A stretch of DNA of 64,000 nt. Source: Candidatus Woesearchaeota archaeon. GTDB taxonomy: Archaea > Nanobdellota > Nanobdellia > Woesearchaeales > ARS49. Each line of letters starts with the position of its first letter. The first letter of the stretch is position 1. A program made the position numbers and the translations under genes. The stretch spans positions 29,654 through 93,653 of the forward strand of contig JAHWHY010000003.1 of assembly GCA_019323015.1 (NCBI GenBank). Reading direction: 5' to 3'. This document shows, piece after piece, positions 17,673-26,289 of the stretch. The notes beneath the pieces were generated by a model. It ran no database searches. It saw nothing but the letters and a program-made list of their open reading frames with translations, and was not told the origin of the DNA.

Positions 17673-18857
17673 CTATCCAGCTAAATTAACATAAGCCTCA
17701 GAAGACTTGGCTATTCTTTTCTGCAATGGCTTACCTGCTGTTATGTTATAGAACGGCCCTCTTGCATGGTGCTGTACTTGTATATCCTTGAATCCTGCAT
17801 TCTGAAGACTTTCTATGATTCGTTCTTCTTTTGTATAGAATTCTATAATTCCTCTGGCTGCATTATTTTTTTCAAACTCTGCTGCTTTTTTGACAGCAGC
17901 CATTAAATTTGAATCCACAATGCCTTGTCGTTCGCCATCTTCTGCTCTTGATTGTATCGCAGCGTAGTATTTACTTACTGGCTCAACTATTCCTTGTCTA
18001 TCAACATCAGAATCTGGATTGATTAATGGTGCTACAATCTCACCATTTTCTTCACTTACAGCATACTTTCTTTCCTGCAAATGCTGAAGAAGACCAGATT
18101 CTCTTGGAAAGTGCAGCATTCCATATTCATCTATTCTTACTTCAATAGTGCTGTTTCCACTGTTGTATTCAAGCCTGCGGGGATTGCTTCTGTCTCTCTC
18201 ATCAGATATTTCAATAATACAGTCTCCGTAAAATTCTATTAAATCGTTAGCGACAGTATCAATTTTTTTCTCTGAGTATTTCATATCAACTGCACCTGTG
18301 CCAAAATGGAAAAAACCTCCTGGCTTTAGTATACGGTAGATCTCTTGCGTTATTTTATCTAAATCCTTTTCAAAAGGTGTTGCATGATGTATTGATAATG
18401 TGGCATCAACACAAGTAAAGGATTTATCAGGAAACATCAGATTTTTCCTCAAATCTCCTTTTTGGTAGGATATTGTTTCTTTATCCAAAGTTTCTGGATT
18501 GATTTCTCTATCAGTTATTGTGCCTATGCGAAAATAACCAGAATCAAAAAATCCTGCTTTAGCTAATCCCTGTATTGATTGACCAATTTTTTCTGCATCA
18601 AAAACGCAGTCCATTAGGACAATTTTACCTTCCAAGCCCATCATGCCTTTCAACCGATCTCTATCACTTGAGAATGGCAGGACTTGAGGTCCTGGGCCTA
18701 TAACTAGCAATGATCTTTCATCACCTCCATAAGTGCGTCTTGTAACAACAAGATGGTTTTCGATACTGTCCAAAAGATATTGGTGCAAATCATTCAATAC
18801 CGCAGGCGCACTTTTAGTGTATGCATCAGGAAATGCTTCAACAATTTGTTTTGTCAT
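17673..18857 (-). CDS. class I SAM-dependent methyltransferase-like protein (divergent motif I)
   Basis: FTCVDATLSIHHATPFEKDLDKITQEIYRILKPGGFFHF resembles the Methyltransf_11 post-II/III region. Motif I is degenerate (KIVLMDCVFD). Confidence 0.55.
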   Translation of the reverse strand: MTKQIVEAFPDAYTKSAPAVLNDLHQYLLDSIENHLVVTRRTYGGDERSLLVIGPGPQVLPFSSDRDRLKGMMGLEGKIVLMDCVFDAEKIGQSIQGLAKAGFFDSGYFRIGTITDREINPETLDKETISYQKGDLRKNLMFPDKSFTCVDATLSIHHATPFEKDLDKITQEIYRILKPGGFFHFGTGAVDMKYSEKKIDTVANDLIEFYGDCIIEISDERDRSNPRRLEYNSGNSTIEVRIDEYGMLHFPRESGLLQHLQERKYAVSEENGEIVAPLINPDSDVDRQGIVEPVSKYYAAIQSRAEDGERQGIVDSNLMAAVKKAAEFEKNNAARGIIEFYTKEERIIESLQNAGFKDIQVQHHARGPFYNITAGKPLQKRIAKSSEAYVNLAG

Positions 18858-18984
18858 TTTGTTTTCCTCCTAGGACCTTGATAAGCCCCATTTTCTAAAA
18901 CTAGTAGAATTTTTATGCAATAAAAAGAAAGTCAGTAGCTTCAATTGCTTACGAATATTGGTAGTAACAACTACTACTATTTTA

Positions 18985-19001
18985 GGGAAAGCTTTATAAA
19001 C
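18985..19001 (+). promoter_or_regulatory. BRE/TATA promoter of trmB-like gene
   Basis: GGGAAAGCTTTATAAAC is centred about 27 nt upstream of ATG 19023, implying a near-leaderless transcript. Confidence 0.5.
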
Positions 19002-19022
19002 TAAGACTGCTTATTTGGTTTT

Positions 19023-19748
19023 ATGGAGAATGTACTTCAAGAAATCGGATTGTCAAAGAACGAATCAATCGTGTACCTTACACTTTCTGAAATCGGGGCT
19101 GCTTCTGCGTATAGAATATCAAAAGAATCAAAATTATTCAAAGCAAACACGTATGATGTACTGCACAAACTAGAACAAAAAGGTCTTGTTTCAAAGAAAA
19201 GGATAGATAAGAAAGTACTATACGAAGCATTAGATCCTAGTTTGCTTCTTAATATAATAGATTCTAGAAAAGAAAAATTATCTAAGATAATACCTCAAAT
19301 AAGATTGATTCAGCAATTCGTCAAATCAGAAAGCGTAGTAAACATCTACAAAGGAAGTGCTGCATTAAGAAACGCATTTTATCATTTTCTTGAATTTGAT
19401 GAGCCATTCTTAACATACGGGGTGCCAAAAAAAGGTTTTGAAGCAGTTAAATACTGGATAGATAATTTTCATAAGGAACGAATTAAAAAAGGCATAAAAA
19501 TGCTGCATATTTATAATTTTGAAGCTCATGACAGAGTAAAGGTCTTGAACAAATTGCGCTTGACATCAGTCAGATGCTTGCCTCAATTGTATGATTCACA
19601 GGTTGCAACAAATGTCTGTGGAGATGAGGTAGTTCTTATTACCTTTAATCCTGGAATAAAGATAATACAGATCAAAGACAAAGACATGGCAGAAGCATAT
19701 AAAAGATATTTTAAAATTCTCTGGAAACAAGCTAAAAAAGTGACTTAA
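19023..19748 (+). CDS. TrmB-family transcriptional regulator
   Basis: LQEIGLSKNESIVYLTLSEIGAASAYRISKESKLFKANTYDVLHKLEQKGLV is the TrmB wHTH, followed by a C-terminal effector-like domain. Confidence 0.85.
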   Translation: MENVLQEIGLSKNESIVYLTLSEIGAASAYRISKESKLFKANTYDVLHKLEQKGLVSKKRIDKKVLYEALDPSLLLNIIDSRKEKLSKIIPQIRLIQQFVKSESVVNIYKGSAALRNAFYHFLEFDEPFLTYGVPKKGFEAVKYWIDNFHKERIKKGIKMLHIYNFEAHDRVKVLNKLRLTSVRCLPQLYDSQVATNVCGDEVVLITFNPGIKIIQIKDKDMAEAYKRYFKILWKQAKKVT

Positions 19749-19763
19749 GCAGAAACTCTGCCC

Positions 19764-19803
19764 AGGTTGCTGAAGAACTTGATGGGTTTTTAGGGCTTTA
19801 GTC
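19764..19803. repeat. direct repeat R2: relic of an HTH-regulator 3' end downstream of trmB
   Basis: See R1. The frame reads SAQVAEELDGFLGL* with no upstream ORF attached. Confidence 0.8.
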
Positions 19804-19823
19804 CTAAGTTTAAATATTTCAAT

Positions 19824-21776
19824 TTAAATAGTTTTATTTTTAATTTCAAGCATTAAATTCAGGACTTTCTCTTGATTTATCTCATCAAATGACTTAATTG
19901 GCAAATATGTCAGGTCTTTATGTTTCAGGCTACGGCCACAGCAGGAGGCATCATAGAGTTCAATATAGAGCATGCTGTGGTCTTTTTGTTTAAGTACCTC
20001 ATACATCTCTGCTTTAAGTCCTTGCTGTCTTAAGACATCCCCGTCTGTTATCAGCGTCCACAGTGTTCTCCCCTTTGCAAGCATTTTGTTGATTCTCTTG
20101 AAAGTTCCTTTTTCAAGTTCAGTAGAACCTCCATGCCCTGCAAGTATGTTAACTTTTACAGGATGCAGGGTATTATAAAAATCTCGGATATTACATGGGC
20201 CTTGAATCACTGTTTTATCTGAAAATCTTGCAGTCACAATGTCACAGTCTTTACCGCCGCAATATTTTGCTAATGGCTCAACTATACCATACACAAAGCG
20301 GTTCAAAGCATCATATTTGCTCTTACTTCCAACATAACTGAAAGGATGCATGCTAGAAGAAGCATCAACAAGCAATACCAGATTTCGCACAATATCTATG
20401 TCCAGTTCTGCTTGTCTTGTTGCGTATTTATTCTTTGTTTTTTGTTTATATTTTATGATTCTGTATCCTTTTCCATTATTCAATATGATTACATTTTTCT
20501 TTCCTATCTGTCTTCCAAAAGCAATTATTTGTCTCAGGTTATACTTGCCTGCATCTTTTGCAGAGATATTCTGAATGCCTGTCTGCCGCCACTGTATTTC
20601 CTGACCAGATATGTGCTGGACAGGACTTAGTTTTGGTATTGTCAAATTTACAATCTTGCGGTTTTGCTTATAGAACTCATCAGCTGCCTGAAAACTCACG
20701 GAGGTTCCACTATTTGCAGTAAAAAGTATAGTCTCAGCTTGATTTTCGGCGTATTGTATAAGATTGTCCAATGCAGATGTCTGTGAACTATGCGCTGTAA
20801 AAGGCCTGTCACAGGGTTTATACAAAGATATGTGGCTAGCAAGCGGGCGGACAAATCCTTCAACAGCGGCGTATCTTGTTTGCGTTCTCTGAAGAATTTG
20901 AAATAAATCCTTTATTATTTTCTCGCTGGACTGCGAATCAAGATTATTATAAAACTGGTCTACTTCTTCATTAAAATCATTGCGATTTATTTCCAGCCAT
21001 CGCAGTATTTTATCATCTATCTCTGAAATAAAACCTTTTACAGCATTGCAAACAACTGCTGTGCAGTTCTGCTCGTCCATTTTGTCTGCAAAATAAGAAT
21101 AAATTCTGTTTCGGATTTCAAAGTCATTGCAGAACAACGAAGCATACATCAATCTTGTAAGAGTATAAAACGCCATATCCCACTTCTTTTCCTTAAATGT
21201 TGAAACAATATCAAACAAAGGGATTATTCCTTCTGGAAGCCTGTTTTCTGGTCTTAATTGTTCTGACAGGATTCTCTTGAATTTGGCATCATAAGTAATA
21301 TAATAATACTGAAAAAGGTCTATTATACAATCCCATACGCAGTTTCGTGAATTTGCAACAAGGTTTGGTTTCCAATGATCTGGAATGTACTGGCATTCTT
21401 TACTGATTGCAGAGTATATCGCTTCATCAATCTTCCTTTCATCAGTTGAAGTCTCAGGACAGAGCTTATGAAATTGCTCATGAAACAGAAGAGATAATTT
21501 ATTGTCTTGAACAAGCATTTCCAGATTTAGGCCATCTGGATAAGCTCTGCGATAAAATCTAGTATTTACTTTACGAAATATTTGCGCAAGTTCTGTGGGT
21601 TTATACAAATATGCTCTTATTCTTTTTTTGTTTGTACTGAAATGCCATAACTCTTTGTTTTTTACAGCTGGTTTTGTTGTCTCTATCACAGTTTCCTTGA
21701 ATTTAGGAAACCCTTGCCTAAGTAGGGGGTCAATTTCTAATATTGCATTATCCAGCCCATTGCTTACTAAAGACAT
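19824..21776 (-). CDS. HExxH metallopeptidase-like N-domain + C-terminal vWA domain with complete MIDAS
   Basis: LLFHEQFHKL (nt 21468-21482). VLLVDASSSM (DxSxS, nt 20352-20366), GHGGST and LITDGD complete the MIDAS. 10-nt overlap with the upstream ATPase gene. Confidence 0.7.
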   Translation of the reverse strand: MSLVSNGLDNAILEIDPLLRQGFPKFKETVIETTKPAVKNKELWHFSTNKKRIRAYLYKPTELAQIFRKVNTRFYRRAYPDGLNLEMLVQDNKLSLLFHEQFHKLCPETSTDERKIDEAIYSAISKECQYIPDHWKPNLVANSRNCVWDCIIDLFQYYYITYDAKFKRILSEQLRPENRLPEGIIPLFDIVSTFKEKKWDMAFYTLTRLMYASLFCNDFEIRNRIYSYFADKMDEQNCTAVVCNAVKGFISEIDDKILRWLEINRNDFNEEVDQFYNNLDSQSSEKIIKDLFQILQRTQTRYAAVEGFVRPLASHISLYKPCDRPFTAHSSQTSALDNLIQYAENQAETILFTANSGTSVSFQAADEFYKQNRKIVNLTIPKLSPVQHISGQEIQWRQTGIQNISAKDAGKYNLRQIIAFGRQIGKKNVIILNNGKGYRIIKYKQKTKNKYATRQAELDIDIVRNLVLLVDASSSMHPFSYVGSKSKYDALNRFVYGIVEPLAKYCGGKDCDIVTARFSDKTVIQGPCNIRDFYNTLHPVKVNILAGHGGSTELEKGTFKRINKMLAKGRTLWTLITDGDVLRQQGLKAEMYEVLKQKDHSMLYIELYDASCCGRSLKHKDLTYLPIKSFDEINQEKVLNLMLEIKNKTI

Positions 21777-23800
21777 TCAAAATACCACCCTGCAAGAGCC
21801 TCTTTATACTTGTGCTTTATGTTGGGGTTTTCTGTTTTCTTCTTGTATAAATCACCCAGTTTACTTAATCGCGCATCAGCATCGCTATGCTCCTTAATTA
21901 TGTTATCACATTCATCAGCATACAATTCTAGAAAGTCTATCAGTTCTATTAGGTTTCTTGTATGCCTTAAGTGTATGAGTTTTTCTATCTCAGATTCAGA
22001 ATTATAATAGATTCTATTAATTTCATCGCATATGCTTTTTATTGCTGAATAAGTATCTTCGCTTTCTTTTAGGCTGTTTTTAAAAATGCCTTGTTTTATT
22101 CCTTCTGTAAATTTACCTTTTCGGTGTTTATATAGCACAGAGATATATTCCTGATAAACTTCTTTGACTCCTTCCGATAAATCTGTGCCGCGGCATTGCC
22201 CATTAATTATCGTTGCTGCAGCCATATGCTCTGGCAGAACAAGATACGCTTGATTGTCATCAAGCAACGCTTTTAAGGGATTTTCTTCATTAAGTGCAGA
22301 TTTTAGCACGTCTATTGTTGATATAAACCTTGCGTATTTCTCAATGTAAACTACATCTCTTGTAGTCCAGTCATATCCATTGCAGTTTTCTGTCAAATCC
22401 TTTAATTCATCTTTTTCAAAATCAAATTCGAAGTTAGGCAGATCTAATTCATATTTGTCTTTAAGTAACGCAGTAATTGCAGTCATGTCTTCACATCCCT
22501 CCCTAACAACATCCTGCAAGCCACTGCCAAGTATAAAAATAAGGCAATCTGCAAATTCTCGTGAAAATTTTACAATATGTCTTTTTGTTTTTTCAGCATC
22601 TGTTATGAACGCATAATGCGCCAGTCTATCCTGTTCTATATCCTCCGCTGAAACAGAGACATCCAAAATTTTCTTTATATATTTGCCATATGACTTGGTG
22701 AATTGCTTATCCAGCGCATCTTGAAGTTTCGCGCCCATTACCGCTGCGCCAGTTAATCTTGGAGAATCTTCAAATTCAATCACAAAGAATCTGTTGTACA
22801 AGGCAAAATCTATTTCTTCAGTGCCATTATATTTGGGGTCTTTTGATGGCGGAGGGTTCTGTGCTCCAATAAAGAAGAATTTTCTTCTGTTCTTATCAAA
22901 AACAATCCCTTCTTCTGTAAATTGGGGAATAATCACTCCTAACGGATACTTTTTGCCTTCTATGTTCACACTACCTTGGCTGAGGTCAAAAAGCACATTG
23001 GTATCTCCACGATTCAGTTCATCAACAAAAAAAGCCCCTAATCTATCCATGAGTTCTTTTCTTGGCACATCAATAGGCAATCCGCCGTTATAGGATTCAG
23101 ATTTGGTTATTACTTCAAGAGGATTTGTTCTGATATTATTGAATTTAAAAACAGCATAATTCTCTTTGCCTAAAAAAGTATTCAAATATGTTTCTGCCCA
23201 AAATGTCTTCCCGCCACCTGTTCTGCCTTCAAAAAGTACAGGAAGGTCTCCTAAAAGGTTTGAAGCAAAAAGTACATCCAGCGCAGTTATATTTATTCCG
23301 TTCTTGGTGTTTTTTCCTTTTGCTTTTTCAAAGATGATTTCTTTTTTTTCAAAATTAAAGTCATAATGAAATAATTTAGTGGGATTAGCAGCATCATGTA
23401 TGACTTCGTCCAAAGCGCAGTACGCAGCAAGCAGCAATCCTGCATGAATATATTTTTCTTTTTGAATTTCATTGCCTTGAAAAGAGTTCCATATTTTTTT
23501 AAGGCTTGCAGGTTCTTTTACCTGTTGTTCAATTATTTCATCAAGTTTTTTTGAATTTTCCATTTCTTCTGCCTCTTTCAAGGATTCTTCATCAACAGGC
23601 ACTGCGCTTGCAAGCGCTTCGCCAAATTCTTCATTTTGCTTTAGCAGTTCCTCTGTCTTACGGAGCATATCTTCAGCAGTTTGTTCTTGATAGGTTGCCC
23701 AATCAGCCGGATTAAGCGGTCTTTTGAACCCGCCTTTGCCTTGAACATCTTTGAATAAGCTCTTTCCTCGCTCCTTAATTTTTCTTATCAGCTGCCCCAT
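21767..23800 (-). CDS. MoxR-like AAA+ ATPase with long N- and C-terminal extensions (677 aa)
   Basis: Walker A GRTGGGKT (nt 23204-23227), Walker B FFVDELNR (23009-23032), sensor-1 IGAQNP, and ALYNRF, in MoxR-type order. Confidence 0.75.
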   Translation of the reverse strand: MGQLIRKIKERGKSLFKDVQGKGGFKRPLNPADWATYQEQTAEDMLRKTEELLKQNEEFGEALASAVPVDEESLKEAEEMENSKKLDEIIEQQVKEPASLKKIWNSFQGNEIQKEKYIHAGLLLAAYCALDEVIHDAANPTKLFHYDFNFEKKEIIFEKAKGKNTKNGINITALDVLFASNLLGDLPVLFEGRTGGGKTFWAETYLNTFLGKENYAVFKFNNIRTNPLEVITKSESYNGGLPIDVPRKELMDRLGAFFVDELNRGDTNVLFDLSQGSVNIEGKKYPLGVIIPQFTEEGIVFDKNRRKFFFIGAQNPPPSKDPKYNGTEEIDFALYNRFFVIEFEDSPRLTGAAVMGAKLQDALDKQFTKSYGKYIKKILDVSVSAEDIEQDRLAHYAFITDAEKTKRHIVKFSREFADCLIFILGSGLQDVVREGCEDMTAITALLKDKYELDLPNFEFDFEKDELKDLTENCNGYDWTTRDVVYIEKYARFISTIDVLKSALNEENPLKALLDDNQAYLVLPEHMAAATIINGQCRGTDLSEGVKEVYQEYISVLYKHRKGKFTEGIKQGIFKNSLKESEDTYSAIKSICDEINRIYYNSESEIEKLIHLRHTRNLIELIDFLELYADECDNIIKEHSDADARLSKLGDLYKKKTENPNIKHKYKEALAGWYFECL

Positions 23801-24938
23801 GTAATCCAGTAACTATAGTCCCCCAAAATTTCATCCATCTTTCTTTTGCTTTTTTCTTTCGTTGGCCAGCATTGCCTGAATTGAGATAAGTATCTATCAT
23901 ATCATCAAAAGATGTTGCAGGTGCGCCAAATCCTGTTTTATCTGCATAAATTTTAAAAGCCTCATCAAATGCTGAAAAAAGTTCATAAGCCGCTTCTTTT
24001 CTCGCTAATTCTTTTTGTATTGCCGGATCTGATTTACCGCGCGCAAAAAGACCTCTGCCTGCATCAAAAAAATATTTTATGCCTTTCTTAACTTTAGCGC
24101 AAAGGCTTTCAGCAAATACTGCCTCCTTTATGTCTTCACGCATTTTCTCAGCAGTTTGATACCTATCTTCTGGAAAATACTCTAATGCTTTTGCACAGAT
24201 TTTATCCAGTTTTTTTGGAATAGCAGGATTAGATTCTGAAGGATGTCTGAGGCAGGTAGGTAATTTTCCTGTCAACAGTTGGTACAAAACCACACCTGCA
24301 GAAAAAATATCAGATCGCTTATCGATTCTGCCCGCTCTTTGCTCAGGCGCCATGTACCAAAAAGTTCCTGCAGCACTTGTGCGTAATTTCAAAGTTGAGC
24401 TTAACTCGTCTCCGCTGTAAAGCTGGTCAGATTCTGTGCTCTGTTCATCTGATTCTTGTGCTAATAGCTTAGCTAAACCAAAGTCTGTCACCTTTGCCGA
24501 TGTCAAGTAAGAATATTCATTTGGCAACAAAATATTTGATGGTTTTATATCCCTATGTATTATTCCTTTTTCATGCGCTGAACTTATTGCATCAAGCACA
24601 TCCAGCATAACCCAACAGGTTTCTGCAGGACTGATTCTTCTTTGCTTTAATACATTTTCAAGATTCTTGGGTAAATATTCCATTACAGAAAATTGTGTAT
24701 CCTGTATTGTCCCTAAATTAAATACTCTTACAATATGACAACAAGAATCAGAAAGCATTCCTTGCATCGCAGTATTATCTGCGAAATCTTTGCGGCCGCC
24801 GGTATTCAATTTAATAGTAATATATCTATCAAAACCTACTTGTTCTGCTTTATACACCACACCATTACCGCCTCTGCCGATTTCTTCGATTATCTTTATT
24901 TTTCCATCTTCCAAATAATCATCAGATTTTAGCTCCAT
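23775..24938 (-). CDS. Hanks-type Ser/Thr protein kinase with about 110-aa C-terminal extension
   Basis: IGRGGNGVVYKA...ITIK, HRDIKPSNILL, VTDFGLAK, WYMAPEQ. Confidence 0.9.
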   Translation of the reverse strand: MELKSDDYLEDGKIKIIEEIGRGGNGVVYKAEQVGFDRYITIKLNTGGRKDFADNTAMQGMLSDSCCHIVRVFNLGTIQDTQFSVMEYLPKNLENVLKQRRISPAETCWVMLDVLDAISSAHEKGIIHRDIKPSNILLPNEYSYLTSAKVTDFGLAKLLAQESDEQSTESDQLYSGDELSSTLKLRTSAAGTFWYMAPEQRAGRIDKRSDIFSAGVVLYQLLTGKLPTCLRHPSESNPAIPKKLDKICAKALEYFPEDRYQTAEKMREDIKEAVFAESLCAKVKKGIKYFFDAGRGLFARGKSDPAIQKELARKEAAYELFSAFDEAFKIYADKTGFGAPATSFDDMIDTYLNSGNAGQRKKKAKERWMKFWGTIVTGLHGAADKKN

Positions 24939-25390
24939 TAGATGTTGCCTCCGCGAAATTGTTCTCTGTACAGGTCCTCTATCAATTCATGTTGCCTGAT
25001 TTGAGTAATTGGAAAATTTGAATCCAATTCTGATTTAAAATCATTCATTTCTTTGTTATCCTTAAAGATAGCTTCAAAAAGAAAATCAAAATCACTGTTT
25101 GTTATATGCAAATTGTTTACGCAAGGTTGGCTTGAGAGAAATTCTCTCAAGCTTTCCCTGCAATCGGGTTTTACTCGGATCAGGAATACATATCTTGCAT
25201 GATACCCTAGTTTTTTGAAATCCACAATGCTTGCGTGCTTCTTTATCACGTCTTCTTCCAGTTTTCCAATCCTGTCAAACACAGTCGATTTAGGGGTGTT
25301 TGTGGCAGATGCAATACTAGCAAGGTTAGTTCTTGCATTCTGCCGTAGCTGCTTGACAATCTGCAGGTCTTTTTCTGAGATCATTTCCAA
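24938..25390 (-). CDS. Lrp/AsnC-family transcriptional regulator
   Basis: KDLQIVKQLRQNARTNLASIASATNTPKSTVFDRIGKLEEDVIKK is the HTH_AsnC motif, with a RAM-like C-terminus. TAATG overlap with the kinase start. Confidence 0.85.
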   Translation of the reverse strand: MEMISEKDLQIVKQLRQNARTNLASIASATNTPKSTVFDRIGKLEEDVIKKHASIVDFKKLGYHARYVFLIRVKPDCRESLREFLSSQPCVNNLHITNSDFDFLFEAIFKDNKEMNDFKSELDSNFPITQIRQHELIEDLYREQFRGGNI

Positions 25391-25398
25391 AACCTTTC

Positions 25399-26289
25399 TT
25401 ATTCCTTGGCTATGTCATCAAGGCTGAAAGGAAGGCAAACACCAAATCTTTGATGCCATACATCTCTGCCTTTGCTGTCTTTTCCAGACCTCAGATATTC
25501 CAGTAAAGGCCTCTGTCTTTCATCTGGGCTTGGTCTTCCGCCAACAGTATACTTGCCCTTGCCTTCAGGAAGCAGTGCACCAGAATCTTCTGTTGTTATT
25601 CCAAAATCTCCTTCCAGCAATGATTTTTCCAGTCTTAACCTCTCTTTGCCTTCTGTATCTGGGAGTGTGCCGTCTGCTTTTTTCAAAGGAGCTCTTGCCA
25701 GGATGTATCCTACTGCCTCAAAGCAGGACATCTGCTCAAGCAGTGCATAGTCTTTTTCAGCTGCAGCAGTCCAGGAGTAAACTTCGTCTTTTCCATCAGA
25801 TGTCTGAAACTCCAGCACAACAGACCTGGATCGCAGTTCTTTGCTTGTTATTCCATATTGTGCGATTCTTTGGTCCTTGCCTAATACTTCATCCAGTCTC
25901 TCTGCTTCGCCTTCTGGTTGTTTATATCCTATTGCAAAAGGTAATACCCCTTCTTCCTCCTCTTCTTTCATTGGCACTGTAAAAGGCAGCACTATTTCCT
26001 CTTCTGCTTCTCGGTCGATTGAAAAGGGCAGTGTTTGTTCTTCCTCATCTTCTGGCCTTGGCACTGTAAAAGGCAGCACTATTTCCTCTTCAAGTTCCTT
26101 TTGTTTCTGTATTTGTCTTTTCTTTTGTCTTATTTCAGACAAATCTATTGGCTTGCCAGAGTCTCCATTCTGGGCATTGTTCTGAGCATAGTTTCTCTGC
26201 AAGATTTGTCTTTTCTTTTCTCTTAGTTCAGCCAGATTTATCTTTGGTAATTTGTCATCGTCTGGTTGATTTTCATTTTCTTTTGTCAT
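25399..26289 (-). CDS. acidic repeat protein: 2x basic (I[ND]L[AS]E[LI]R.KKRQI) + 4x (acidic run + [IVT]LPF) motifs, unknown C-terminal domain
   Basis: EEEIVLPFTVP / EEEQTLPFSID / EEEIVLPFTVP / EEEGVLPFAIG. A 32-bp perfect DNA repeat occurs at 25973-26004 and 26060-26091. Confidence 0.6.
   Translation of the reverse strand: MTKENENQPDDDKLPKINLAELREKKRQILQRNYAQNNAQNGDSGKPIDLSEIRQKKRQIQKQKELEEEIVLPFTVPRPEDEEEQTLPFSIDREAEEEIVLPFTVPMKEEEEEGVLPFAIGYKQPEGEAERLDEVLGKDQRIAQYGITSKELRSRSVVLEFQTSDGKDEVYSWTAAAEKDYALLEQMSCFEAVGYILARAPLKKADGTLPDTEGKERLRLEKSLLEGDFGITTEDSGALLPEGKGKYTVGGRPSPDERQRPLLEYLRSGKDSKGRDVWHQRFGVCLPFSLDDIAKE
25973..26091. repeat. in-frame 87-nt-period duplication inside the repeat-protein gene
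   Basis: GGCACTGTAAAAGGCAGCACTATTTCCTCTTC is present twice, perfectly. Confidence 0.9.
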
